A stretch of DNA of 63,248 nt, filler included, from Reticulomyxa filosa (GCA_000512085.1; 21 parts of 21 records of this genome joined end to end with filler, not necessarily neighbours in it), one strand, 5' to 3'. Positions 1 to 11,836 are shown, counted from the first letter of the whole stretch. Translations and numbers: made by a program. The notes: generated by a model from the sequence alone, not told the origin.

Positions 1-374
1 GGAATGAATCCCACCACGTGTCCAGACAAAACAATCCAACCTTCCCAAGGAGGCGGCCAAGATATCTATACAAACACACATAAACCTCATCCAATTGAAA
101 TGCCAATACCAAAGTTCCCAATGAATCTTTCACCAGTCCTGCCAGGCCCGCATTCCAAGAATGTCCAAACAATAAATTTGACATACCACAATCACCCTTC
201 CAACATAGCCACATCACCGAATGAAAACAGCGATATAATCCCTGATACACATACATAAATCAACAATTTCAGCGATCATGACAGCGAAACAAAATATCCG
301 GACCAGAATAACCAAGACTTACCTATAGACATACAAAACAACAGCCGCAAGATGCCCAACAATGGTCCGACATT

Positions 375-443
375 TGTCCGGTCGTTGAATGTGGAGCAAG
401 CTTCAAAACGGAAGTGGGCTTGCACATACACACAAATAAACAC
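375..443 (+). other. C2H2 zinc finger of the retroelement N-terminal region
   Basis: Translates CPVVECGASFKTEVGLHIHTNKH (C-x4-C-x12-H-x3-H), in frame with the ORF at 414. Confidence 0.85.
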
Positions 444-1223
444 ATTACGAGAGACCCAAATACCGTCGTCTCATCCAATTATTTCAATATTTACAAAAGA
501 GTATCCGGCCTGCAATGCCGCGTAACCTTGCCAGCAAGCAGCGCAGTCCATGGAATGCATCCCAAGTGTTCCAACAAAGTACAGCAACCACAATACTTAA
601 AACTGGAAATTGAAATAGATTTCAAAGCCCAACCAGACGTTTTGGATCAATGGTCATTTCCAAATCCGGAGGAGGTAGCTTACTACCCAGCAAAAATTAT
701 ATCAAGAATTCCCAAAGCAGCAAGAAGCCAATAGAAATAATAAGGATGCTTGGTACAAATGGATGGTTATGATTCGAACAATCATATGGGATCCGGGAAG
801 AGGGGGACAGGCACATATCAACAATACAACCAAAACCATAATGAATAGAATAAAATTGTGGAACAGTTATTTAAAGCATTCCAGTGATATCTTCAATGTC
901 CCCAAGAAAGCCTCCACAAATTCCAATAAACACAACGATACCATAGCTCGAAACAAAAGGTGTATCAAATATGCCGCTATTGGCGAGCTCTCGAAAGCTT
1001 TCAAGTCATTGTCACCATCACCAGCCATACAATATAATGATGCAGTGATTACCGCACTCCGCAACAAGCATCCAGAAGAGGCACCACCAAGTGATATACC
1101 AACATACCACCTATCCCAATTCACAAACACATCACCATTGAAGAACTAACAAAATATATAAACAAATTAAGTAGATCGTCGTCAGGCGGGATCGATCTAT
1201 TCACAGCGCAACATCTAATAGAT

Positions 1224-1720
1224 TTGGAGCCATATCAAACCGAATCCAATACATTAACGAATTGGGCAAAGGTCGCGCAGTTGATAATCGAAGGAAAAAT
1301 TTGTTCGGATGCACAAGCCATAGCATACGGAGCCAGGTTGATCGCCATTCCAAAACCGGACAATACACCGAGGCCAATTGCGGTAGGATCACTGCTCCGA
1401 CGATCAGCAGGTGCTATTCTTCTTCAGAGGCACTCAGAACAAATCTCCAAAATCCTTGGACCCAATCAACTGGGCGTCAACGTCAAACAGGGTGTGGAAA
1501 TATTCTCCCATGGATTTAAAGCTATATCCAAACACATACAAACAAACAACAAAGGAGTCTTTGTAAAAATTGACTTTCAGAACGCATTTAATACATGTAA
1601 AAGAAGAAAATTGTTGGAATTGGTAAGGAAACAAATCCCTGAACTATATGGATATGCGAGATGATTTAACCATCGCCGCGGACAATCCACAACACGCTAT
1701 CCAAGCTGTTACATCACTTC
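1224..1720 (+). pseudogene. Reverse transcriptase domain with internal deletion
   Basis: RT motifs run up to KIDFQNAFN...LYGYAR, then jump with a frameshift to DDLTIA; the QGDPL-type motif is absent. Confidence 0.85.
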
Positions 1721-2375
1721 TCGCAACCCAATTTGATAATTTGTTGAACCTAAAGCATGCGCAAACCATGCTCCTCCTCAGGAACTCATTGAACGCGACC
1801 AAAGCCACCTACCACATGAGGGCCAATTTCTTGAAAGCCGCCCACAATTGGACAACTCAATTCGATGAAAAAATGAAGCATACCACAGAATCCATTCTGG
1901 CATGCCCATTAACCAACTGTCAATGGCTTCAGTGCCAAATGCCAATAAGAAGAGGAGGGCTGGGCCTCAACTCTGCCAATGTCATATCCAGTCCAGCATA
2001 TATTGTGTCATCCTCGACAGCAAGCCAGCGATTGCCAATTATCCACCCAAATATCCAAACTGTCGATTGGTCCTCACCAAGCGAATTTGAAGGAGCAATC
2101 TCCCATTATAACAACAATACACAACCACATAACAACATCATTGACAGCGCATTCATTCCAAACCAGGCCAAATTATCCAAGAACGTTTTATCACGTATCC
2201 AAGGGGAACTCCGCGATAAAATGTCCACGGAACATCGCATTCTAGTGAGAGCGATCTCCAAACCCTTCGCGTCTGGCTATCTTAATACCCGACCCAACAA
2301 ATTCTATTTGATAACCGGGAGTTCCGGGTATTCCTGCGTTTTCGTTTAGGTCAAAGACAGACCTTTAACGTCAAA

Positions 2376-2942
2376 TGCCAAGCCAATCCGGCTTGTTCAA
2401 TACCAATGGACAAATTGGGTAACCACGCGCTGTGCTATCAATTTGGAAAGGGCCGGATCTCGCGTCACGACGGAGTAGTTGCTTGCATCGCAAACCTTTT
2501 AAAGCGAGCAAACATTCCGCATGAGAGAGAAGTTCGGGCTAACCAAGAATCCAACCACCGTCCGGGCGACATTTGCTTGAAATGGTTCGGGGACGAGTTC
2601 GACGAGAAATGCCTTGACGTCGGCATTACGCACCTGAATATCACCAACACACAAACACATAGGGTAAATCAAGACGACTGGGCCTTAAACGGATATCATA
2701 GTCGAAAGATCATAAAACACAGACTTCGCTGTGAACAAGCTAACAAGTCCTACACACCCCTCATTGAGGAGGCGACTGGAGGATGGCAGCAAGACGCAAG
2801 GGATTTCTTCGACAGACTGGCCCAGGTCATTGCAGACAGGGATGGCGGGGACCTATCAAAGACCAAGACGCAGATATATAACACTTTGAGCACCCAACTA
2901 CAAAAAGGGAATGCTCGGATGCTGAACTCTTATTGCGCATGA
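2376..2942 (+). CDS. CCHC knuckle plus PD-(D/E)xK restriction-like endonuclease (C-terminus of retroelement ORF)
   Basis: CQANPAC...GNHALC, RISRHDGV, HRPGDI, CLDVGITH, RKIIKH, PLIEEATGGW. Confidence 0.88.
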   Translation, partial: CQANPACSIPMDKLGNHALCYQFGKGRISRHDGVVACIANLLKRANIPHEREVRANQESNHRPGDICLKWFGDEFDEKCLDVGITHLNITNTQTHRVNQDDWALNGYHSRKIIKHRLRCEQANKSYTPLIEEATGGWQQDARDFFDRLAQVIADRDGGDLSKTKTQIYNTLSTQLQKGNARMLNSYCA

Positions 2943-3245
2943 CAGTGACATACAAAAATGTTCATCAGCATGATTAAAGATGATGGAAAGTTTGAGATTC
3001 AGAAATAAAAGGTCCAGTTCCATAAACCCCGTTCACGCAAAAAAATATTTGTTTTCTACAAAACTTTTAAATTTCCCATAATAGGGCTAATTATTTAAAT
3101 TTATGTTTCATTTTCATTTTGTTTTGTTTTTTTTGGGGAAAATTATGGGTTTTGACAATCCTTTTCCGTTTTAAACTTGGGGAACTATTTACTTCTTCTT
3201 TATATATTCTACGATCAAAAGCTTTTTTTTAATATCCCCTTACCC

Positions 3246-3345
3246 NNNNNNNNNNNNNNNNNNNNNNNNNNNNNNNNNNNNNNNNNNNNTTAATTAATTA
3301 ANNNNNNNNNNNNNNNNNNNNNNNNNNNNNNNNNNNNNNNNNNNN
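3246..3345. other. Artificial contig spacer N44-TTAATTAATTAA-N44 (first of 20; others start at 6363, 11705, 15356, 17771, 18871, 19973, 21452, 26664, 32527, 37546, 42035, 43531, 45100, 47098, 51557, 56712, 57812, 59753, 61985)
   Basis: Identical 100-bp block with a six-frame stop linker; composition and gene context change abruptly across each one. Confidence 0.99.
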
Positions 3346-4397
3346 ATATATATGTATATATGTATATATGCATATATGTATATATATATATATAATATGT
3401 AACAATAACAATAATAATAATAATAACAATAATAGTAATAATAATAGCAAAACTCCAATGTTATGTAAAAATGTGACAATGGTAAAATCTTTCTTAATAC
3501 AATACTCTTGAAGCGTATTGCTTGTGCCGAGCAAAGCAACCCCCGACACAAGGATCACGTAGGCCCAGGGCAATGGATTGTGGCGAGAGATGGACGTGGA
3601 TGGACTTGCATTGGATTGGCCGTCGGAATCGAGCAACAGGAACAGTCCCAGAACAGACGTGCCAGCGAACAGCAACTGCTTCCAACCCAGGGTTCGGCCA
3701 AACAATAGATATCCTGCACACATTACTACCGCCACATTCGAGCTACTTATCAATGTAATGGCTGTCATTGTCATGTACTCATAAGCGAGTAGTAGCAATA
3801 AATTGCCTTCAACATCACACTTTTTTTTTTTTTTTTTTTTTTTAAGGCATGTTATTTATTTGTTATCATTTTTTTTTTTTTTTTTTGAAAAAAAAAAAAA
3901 AAATTGGTTTGAATTGTGTTTACAATGACAGCAAGCAAAAACAATTTGTCTTTGCGGGGAGAACATTGATTCATATAAATCAATGTGATCAACCACAGCA
4001 ATAAATACACAGTTGAATTAAGCAATGTCGGTGCGTCCCATTGTCTATTCCCACATTTTGTTTGCTCCTTTCTTTGCTTGTTTGCTATGTTTTTTTTTTC
4101 CTCCATACAAACAAACTTCTTCTGCAATTCCACTCGAAATACGCTCCCTAACGCTCCAACTAACGACAGTAGCTGTCCCACCAAAAACACTGACAACTTC
4201 GATTTCCAATTGCTCCAATACAATTCCTTTGCTCGTTTTAAATCTGGTGTCTCTTTGTTCCTTGTCTTGCCTATCTCTTCGTCCCCAGGAGACACAAGCT
4301 CAATTTGGTTACTTGTCTTTGAAGTGCGGTCATCTGTGCTTCTGAGAGAATCTTCACTTTCGTCGCTTTCACTATCATGTGTCGATAAACGTTGCAT
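3346..4397 (-). CDS. SLC35F/DUF914-like drug-metabolite transporter, multi-exon, 3' truncated
   Basis: LVGQLLSL, APTLLNSTVYLLL, CDVEGNLLLLLAYEY, GTSNTLQEY motifs; several TM helices; GT-AG intron 3820-3923. Confidence 0.75.
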
Positions 4398-4920
4398 CCG
4401 AATCAATTCATTCAAATTTTTTCAATAGTGATGGGTATCAATCATCAACGTTTTTGTTATAAGCCGTACAGACACCCGTTTTTGAGTCCCAAAACGTGCC
4501 AAAAAGTTGGACGTGAAATTGTCACTGCATTGGAATAGTCACATAGGACAATTTAGGATCACAGAAGAAAAGAAACCTTTCCAATCTGAGCAGAATTTTA
4601 CGTTAGAAACATCCTTTCAACTTCATTGTATTTGGAGTGTGAAGAAACAAGCCAAACACTTTGTTTTGTTGTTGGTTTGTTTTTATTTCATTATCATTTG
4701 ATTTTACAGATACGGTCACAACATACAAAATCCGTTGGTTGAGTTCCACCCGAAAGACCACGAAAAACAAGTGTTTAAGCGTGTTGACGTTTGCCTTTCA
4801 CACAGCAGAGTCAAAGTCAAAAGCTGTTTTTTTTTTTTCCTCTTCTCTGTGACGAATGTGCTATCGAGACACTTGAAGGTAAGGTATTGCGAAAAGAAAA
4901 AAAAAAAAAAAAAATCGAGA

Positions 4921-6046
4921 TCAGTGGTTCTTGGACAAACGAAGCAATATTTCGTAGCACTCGGCAAACATGGTGCCTTCCAAAGTGAGTAAGGCAACAC
5001 GTGGAGCGATCCCTTTGGTCAGTCCTTGAAAACCTTCTTTTTTAATGATGTATCGAAGAAGCTTGAAGGAGTTAGTCTGCTGGTAGTCACCCGAGCGCGT
5101 TTGTATCCTGGTCCTGGCAATGTCTAGTGGGTTCGTGAGCGTGCCCGTGGCCAAGCCTCCCATGGCACCTGCAATAGTATATGTGACGTACGAGTCGGCG
5201 TGTAGCAAGTACTTGAAAGCTTCATAGCTGGCCCACCACACGCCGCTCGACGGAACATATTGTAGTAAAGCTGCGCCCGTGCCGCGATAAAATGTTTGAA
5301 ATATATTTCTATTGTGTTCGTTGTACACTTGTCGAATGGTTTTCCATATCGTCACGCCCGAATTGGGGTGACTTAGTATGTATCTTTGTTGAACTACTTC
5401 TTGCGGAACATACGCAAATACACTCACCGTTTCAGCCACCAGTCCACTCACAAACGGAAAGATGGTGTTATGCCAAATTGGGTTCGACATATTCAACTCA
5501 CTAAATTTGTGTTTGCACATTGTGTACACTCCCACGTGTGCAAAGATACCTGGGAATACTGCAAATGTGTTAAACACATAGCCGCGGTATAACCCTTTTT
5601 TTTTGTTGTTGTTGTTAGTATGATGGAACAAAGCTAACCTACTAAAAAAAAAAAAAAAAAGGGAAAAATTTTTTTTTCAAAAAAAAAAAAAAAAAAAAAG
5701 AAAATTCCAACTTTTTCGATGACATTTTAGGTTCAAATTTTTTTTTTAATTATATGTGTTTGCTGGGTTCAAGGTTTTGTGCAATACCTTTGAAACCGAA
5801 TTCCTTCACAATCGTGCTTGTTTGGTGATACAAGTCTTTGAGCGCGTTTCCACTCAACTCGCCGACATTGGTTTGAAGATGAGTCTTGCAATAGTAGAAC
5901 GGATATAAAACACCATTCACCATAAACTCCATCCACACACCGTTGAACAAAAATTTTGGCAGACTTATGTCTGGAGGCCAATAGGTGTGCGAATGTTCTC
6001 TCGGTTTCGACTTTTCATTTGACGATGCTTCTCGACCCGAATCCAT
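4921..6046 (-). CDS. Mitochondrial carrier (SLC25) protein, 2 exons (intron 5595-5787)
   Basis: Three carrier repeats: YPFYYCKTHLQ..GLYRG, VPQEVVQQR..FYRG, NPLDIARTRIQ..EGFQGLTKG. Confidence 0.92.
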
Positions 6047-6763
6047 GAATACAAGAAAGTTACGTATCAATCCCTATTTCAAGGATGGGCCCTTTCGTTG
6101 AAAAGACTGTCACAAAACAAAGGTATTTCCAAATTTGTCAATTCGTGCACACTTTTGCTGTTTTCAGAGTGAAGATACGTTTTGCTATGAACAACAAGCT
6201 CTTTCTTGTAATATGTCTCAAACTATTTGTGCCACTTCCGTGAAGAAAAGTATATATACTCCTCAATGATTCTTCGCATGTTTTTGTTGCTCTTTTCACA
6301 AAAAAAGCACACCACGACAGGAGCAGTTGGAACAAACCCTCCAACAAAACAAAAAAAAAAAANNNNNNNNNNNNNNNNNNNNNNNNNNNNNNNNNNNNNN
6401 NNNNNNTTAATTAATTAANNNNNNNNNNNNNNNNNNNNNNNNNNNNNNNNNNNNNNNNNNNNTCAATTATCATCATAGGATATCGTTTTATGCGTTCATT
6501 TTTCTTTGCAACATACTGTAGTAACAAAAAATATTTATTGAAAATTATATTATGTTTTTAAAATTTTCATAAATTAAAATTTATCGGAAATTAGGCCATA
6601 AAAAATTATTGAAAAAAATAGATCCAATATTTATAAACAACAAGGCTTGTAAATTGTACATATTTATACATTTTTCACTAAGTATTTGTTTTTCACTTAG
6701 AGGTTAACCTCAAAAAAGAAAAAAAACTTTTTGTTCTTGTTCTTGTTTTTTCTTGAAATACGA

Positions 6764-7390
6764 ATGGCACAATCAAATACTGACATTGCACATTGTGAAC
6801 CAATTAGAAAAATTATTGAAACAGAATATCCTGAGCTCTATGAGGTGTGGAAAGCAGTACCCGAAGGAACGCTTCTGGCTCTTGAGGCTGTAGGTGCTAT
6901 TAAGGCATACAAATTAAACAAAGAATTTAATATGCCATATCATGTAGGCTCAGATAATATCCAAGCATGGAAAGAATACAAACAAGCATTAATCAAATAT
7001 TTGGAACTGGCGAATTCTGACTTACTCCTAAAAAAAGCTCGTGAGATATTAGCAGATGAAATTTGGAAAAGACATTATGAAAGATATCCAAAATGGCCAA
7101 AACCAGGCGGCAAGCAAACAGATATAGTGCCAATTGATCGCAAGGATAGTTATGAATGTGAAAAAAAGTATATAATATGGTCTTGTAGTGGTAGCATTAC
7201 GGTGGAAGATGACCGACCAACAGTATCTGAATATAAAACAAGGTTTGAAGGAAAACCAACATTAAGGCTTTTAAAAACCGATATGAACAAGCTTAAGAGA
7301 TTTAACGCATTGTGTGCCAGTGATAAGGATAGGGCAATTAAACAAGCTGAAAAGTGTGTCAATAAAGAAATAACATGGAATGACTTTTAA
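6764..7390 (+). CDS. Orphan 208-aa intronless protein, copy A
   Basis: ATG-initiated ORF (MAQSNTD...TWNDF) kept open in two diverged copies; no family recognised. Confidence 0.8.
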   Translation: MAQSNTDIAHCEPIRKIIETEYPELYEVWKAVPEGTLLALEAVGAIKAYKLNKEFNMPYHVGSDNIQAWKEYKQALIKYLELANSDLLLKKAREILADEIWKRHYERYPKWPKPGGKQTDIVPIDRKDSYECEKKYIIWSCSGSITVEDDRPTVSEYKTRFEGKPTLRLLKTDMNKLKRFNALCASDKDRAIKQAEKCVNKEITWNDF

Positions 7391-7843
7391 AGACTGGCGG
7401 TTAAACTTTGAGGAATTGATAATTAATGTGTTTAGTTTTTGTTGTTGGCAACTTTGCGATCCAATTGATCAAATTCCTTAAAAGAAGTGAGAAAAAAAAG
7501 CATTAAAATTGTTCTGTACCAGCAAAAAAATTTTATTCAAAAGCTTTGAAATATTTGTACTTAATGGTAAAATTAGAGTATTTTTTTAATTAAAGCTCTA
7601 TTTTATTCTATGTATACAGAAATTATTGAATTACATTTTCATCTAGTAAAAAAAAAAAAGATGCGAATAACGTAAATAGACAAAAATGTTAGTATTAAGT
7701 TTTTAAGAAAAACAGATCATACACATGACGTTTCATCAAACAAGTTAGAAAAAAAAAAAAGACTCTAAAAAAATTTTTAAAATCTCCAAAAAAGTTGGTA
7801 AAAAAAAGACTCTAAAAAAAATTTTTAAAATCTCTATTTTTTT

Positions 7844-8014
7844 TTACATTTGCCTGAATTCGTCATTTTTTGTAGCTCCTTCAATGTTATCTTCATCTCT
7901 CCTCCTAAATATCATGTCAAATAAATTTTCCATTATTATATCGGTTGGAAACATACTTTTGCTTTTTAGTCCCGATATACCGTATTTGTCATAAATTTGG
8001 CGTCTTTGGGGATC
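7844..8014 (-). pseudogene. Headless, internally deleted inverted DnaJ copy; open 56-codon frame
   Basis: Translates DPQRRQIYDKYGISGLKSKSMFPTDIIMENLFDMIFRRRDEDNIEGATKNDEFRQM*: the end of the J-domain fused in frame to the DnaJ C-terminus, with the CaaX Cys replaced by Phe. Confidence 0.9.
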
Positions 8015-8089
8015 TGTTTTATATTGTTTTGCCTTCCCTTTTTTTTGTCTTGTCTATTTTTTTGTTTCTTCTTGAGCCTTTTAAGTGAC

Positions 8090-9364
8090 ATGTCGTTTGA
8101 TTCGCTTGATTATTATAAAATTTTAGGAGTATCACGTGATGCGAGCAAGGCCACTATTCTCAAACAGTACAAAACACTGGCCGTGAAACACCACCCGGAT
8201 CGTAACCTAAACAATAAAAAACAAGCAACTGAGAAATTTCAACAGATCGTAGAAGCTTGTGCTGTCTTAAGAGATCCCCAAAGACGCCAAATTTATGACA
8301 AATACGGTATATCGGGACTAAAAAGCAACGGCATATTTCCAACCAGTATGACAATGGAAGATTTATTTGACATGATATTTAAAGAGGATAAAGAAAATGA
8401 TAATTTTCCTGCACTTGCTTGCATTTCGATGGATTTAACATTAAAAGAGTGTTACAATGGCGTGGAAAAAATAACTGAATTTGCTTATGAATCTAATTGT
8501 CCTTTATGTAGTAGTGACAGATACGCAAAGCAAGAAATTTGGTGTACAAAATGTAACGGAGAAGGTAAAACCAAAATAATTGCTGATGATGACAACAAGA
8601 GTGTTAATGGACTCTATGAAAAGAAAAGAACTTTATCTTGTGATGTTTGCGAAGGTAAATGTAAAGTCAAAAGATGCAGTAAAACTTGTTCTGGCAAATT
8701 AAAAGGACTTGTGACAGTTAATTCATATTTTGTTATGAACAAAGTAAAAAAAGATTGATTTACAACAAAAAACGAATAATAAATGGCATACAGAATCTAA
8801 AAGTCGAAATACCAGCAGGATCATTAGATCGTGATGTTATACGTACAAAATATACATGTCACAAACGTCAGATCGATGGTGTTGTATTGACTGAAATTCG
8901 TTGTAAAGAGTGTGATGAATATAAGATACAAGGCAATAATTTATACCTGATCAAACCTATAAAAATTAGTTTATGGCATGCATTTGGTGGTGATGATATA
9001 GATATAAATCATTTTGGTCAAACATTATTTATCAAACGTGCTTTTACTGTTATTCAAAATAATGAATATTATAAAGTTGAGGGTAAAGGATTTCCAGCTA
9101 AAGGTAAAAAAAAAAGCTGGCCATTTATTTATTAAATTTGAAATTAAAATGCCAGATTCTAAAGACTTAGATGAATCAAAAATTAAAGAGATTCGTAATT
9201 TATTATCTAAAAAAAAAAACAAAATTTCTAACTTATCGGAGGATCAATTATATACAACTTTTGTAGAATTACATCAATTAAATGACGTGGATAAATTAGG
9301 ACTAAATGAAGACGAAGATAACATTGAAGGAGCTACAAAAAATGACGAATGCAGGCAAATGTAA
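8090..9364 (+). CDS. dnaJ: Type I DnaJ/Hsp40 (DNAJA-like) co-chaperone
   Basis: J-domain (DYYKILGV..HHPDRN), Cys-rich CxxCxGxG repeats, CTD (VEIPAG, GKGFP..GHLFIKF), C-terminal CaaX CRQM. Intron 8717-8793; one frameshift in the A-run near 9106-9115. Confidence 0.93.
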
Positions 9365-10663
9365 AAAAAAATAGAGATTTTAAAAATTTTTTTTAGAGTC
9401 TTTTTTTTTACCAACTTTTTTGGAGATTTTAAAAATTTTTTTAGAGTCTTTTTTTTTTTTTTCTAACTTGTTTGATGAAACGTCATGTGTATGATCTGTT
9501 TTTCTTAAAAACTTAATACTAACATTTTTGTCTATTTACGTTATTCGCATCTTTTTTTTTTTTACTAGATGAAAATGTAATTCAATAATTTCTGTATACA
9601 TAGAATAAAATAGAGCTTTAATTAAAAAAATACTCTAATTTTACCATTAAGTACAAATATTTCAAAGCTTTTGAATAAAATTTTTTTGCTGGTACAGAAC
9701 AATTTTAATGCTTTTTTTTCTCACTTCTTTTAAGGAATTTGATCAATTGGATCGCAAAGTTGCCAACAACAAAAACTAAACACATTAATTATCAATTCCT
9801 CAAAGTTTAACCGCCAGTCTTTAAAAGTCATTCCATGTTATTTCTTTATTGACACACTTTTCAGCTTGTTTAATTGCCCTATACTTATCACTGGCACACA
9901 ATGCGTTAAATCTCTTAAGCTTGTTCATATCGGTTTTTAAAAGCCTTAATGTTGGTTTTCCTTCAAACCTTGTTTTATATTCAGATACTGTTGGTCGGTC
10001 ATCTTCCACCGTAATGCTACCACTACAAGACCATATTATATGGTTTCCTTTACATTCATAACTATCTTTGCGATTAATTGCTACAATATCTGTTTGACTG
10101 CCACCTGGTTTTGGCCATTCTGGATATCTTTCATAATGTCTTTTCCAAATTTCATCTGCTAATATCTCACGAGCTTTTTCTAGGCGCACATCAGTATTCA
10201 CCAATTTCAAATAGTTAATTAACGCTTGTTTGTATTCTTTCCCTGCTTGAATATTATCTGAGCCTACATGATATGGCATATTAAATTCTTTGTTTAATTT
10301 GTATGCCTTAATAGCACCTACAGCCTCAAGAGCCAGAAGCGTTCCTTCGGGTACTGCTTTCCACACCTCATAGAGCTCAGGATATTCTGTTTCAATAATT
10401 TTTCTAATTGGTTCACAATATGCAATGTCAGTATTTGATTGTGCCATTTGTATTTCAAGAAAAAACAAGAACAAAGACAAAAAGTTTTTTTCTCTTTTGA
10501 AGCTGGCCTCTCAGTGAAAAATGTATACGTATTTACGAGCATTGTTGTTTATAAATATTGACTCTATTTTTTTCCCAATAATTTTTTATGGCTTAATTTT
10601 CGATAGATTTTAATTTATGAAATTTTAAAAACATAACCTAATTTTCAATAAATAATTTTTATT
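8272..10663 (-). repeat. Right arm of large inverted repeat (contains ~0.92 kb of DnaJ absent from the left arm)
   Basis: 9365-9820 mirrors 7391-7843 almost exactly apart from homopolymer lengths; 8272-8328 is a perfect 57-bp reverse complement of 7959-8015. Confidence 0.95.
9821..10447 (-). CDS. Orphan 208-aa intronless protein, copy B
   Basis: Inverted paralog of 6764-7390; 18 amino-acid differences by manual alignment. Confidence 0.8.
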   Translation of the reverse strand: MAQSNTDIAYCEPIRKIIETEYPELYEVWKAVPEGTLLALEAVGAIKAYKLNKEFNMPYHVGSDNIQAGKEYKQALINYLKLVNTDVRLEKAREILADEIWKRHYERYPEWPKPGGSQTDIVAINRKDSYECKGNHIIWSCSGSITVEDDRPTVSEYKTRFEGKPTLRLLKTDMNKLKRFNALCASDKYRAIKQAEKCVNKEITWNDF

Positions 10664-10859
10664 ATATTATTTTAAAAAGGTTTTTTATGAAGAAAAACAA
10701 TTATCTTACAAAATATCATTTTAGATAGAAAGTGAACATTCAACAATTTCAGAATCATTTATGATTTAAAACTACCGTAGAAATAAAGTAAAGTTGATGC
10801 CTAAAGCGGCACAGAAATATTTATTATTGTTATCATTTTAACTATATTTATCAAATATT

Positions 10860-11652
10860 TCATCAAAATCATACATGATAAATACAATGGACAATTTTTC
10901 ACAAATTGCATCTATACTCTCCTTGTTGATATGTTTACATTGTATAACTGTAAAATGATATCTTTTTTATCTTTAGATGTTAAATCTTTTGGAAAAGAAA
11001 TATAAACAGGAATATGTTATATTGAATAATCAATTTTTATCTCCAATGATATACTCATATGGAATCGCATAAATAGCTTTTCCTTTTATTTTCTCTGGAA
11101 TGAATTTATATAATTATTCATATACAAATTGTGATATGTTATTATTAATTCCAATTCATTTTTGGACAATTGTAGTGGTTTCAATATTCCAATGTCCAAA
11201 TATAATTTAAAATGATTTGCTAATTGTATTCCTCTGTTATTTATCCATTCACTTGCTTGCTTAAATCTATTTCTTCTGTACCCTTTAGCTTCCATGCTCG
11301 TATATATTCATAAAATAGATGACTTCATTTTGGATTTTCGATTTCTGTATATCCTTCAAATGTTGTAAACCTTTTTAATATGGCTTGCATTTCCACACAA
11401 TTTAATATTGTAGAATCTGTGATATATCTTCGATTGCTGTTCAAAAAAATCTTTATCTTCGGACACAATCAAATTAAATTTCTATGCTTTCTTCATTACT
11501 GCCGCTTTTTTATTATTATTATTTGGGTTTTTTTTCTGTTGTTAAAGAGAAGGAAAAAGATATACTTAGAATTGTTCTGGTTTTGCTGTTTTTTGAATGG
11601 AAATGCCATGATCGAAGGAATCAAGAAAAGATTAATTCCTTGGTCTTGCCAT
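10860..11652 (-). pseudogene. Possible decayed coding sequence, family unrecognised
   Basis: Protein-like reading frame (includes ORF 11086-11295) interrupted by several stops. Confidence 0.25.
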
Positions 11653-11836
11653 TAAAGATGAAAAATACAGTAAGTTGCAAAGAAAACTGAACGCATAAAA
11701 CGATNNNNNNNNNNNNNNNNNNNNNNNNNNNNNNNNNNNNNNNNNNNNTTAATTAATTAANNNNNNNNNNNNNNNNNNNNNNNNNNNNNNNNNNNNNNNN
11801 NNNNAAAAAAAAAAAAAAAAAAATGTATGTGGGACT

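Larger units (their letters stand above)
1..3245 (+). mobile_element. Degenerate CRE-clade (CRE/SLACS/CZAR/Cnl1-like) non-LTR retrotransposon with restriction-like endonuclease; 5' end not reached
   Basis: One broken polyprotein ending at TGA 2942: C2H2 finger, RT motifs (ARLIAIPK..PRPIAVG..LRR, QLGV, KIDFQNAFN, DD), MPIRRGGLGL thumb, CCHC knuckle, RHD, RPGDI..LDVGI..K..KH and PLIEEATGGW endonuclease motifs. Contains stops, frameshifts and internal deletions. Confidence 0.9.
6523..8015 (+). repeat. Left arm of large inverted repeat
   Basis: Reverse complement of ~8272-8385 plus ~9310-10663; covers the orphan ORF, the intergenic DNA and a deleted DnaJ copy. Outer boundary approximate. Confidence 0.95.

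Noticed and set aside
3290-3301. Recurrent palindrome TTAATTAATTAA as a biological repeat or recombination site
   Set aside because: Always centred in exactly 88 Ns; it is an artificial six-frame stop linker.
3346-3447. Poly-Leu, poly-Tyr and IYIY ORF tails here and elsewhere
   Set aside because: Translations of intronic (AAT)n and (TA)n microsatellites.
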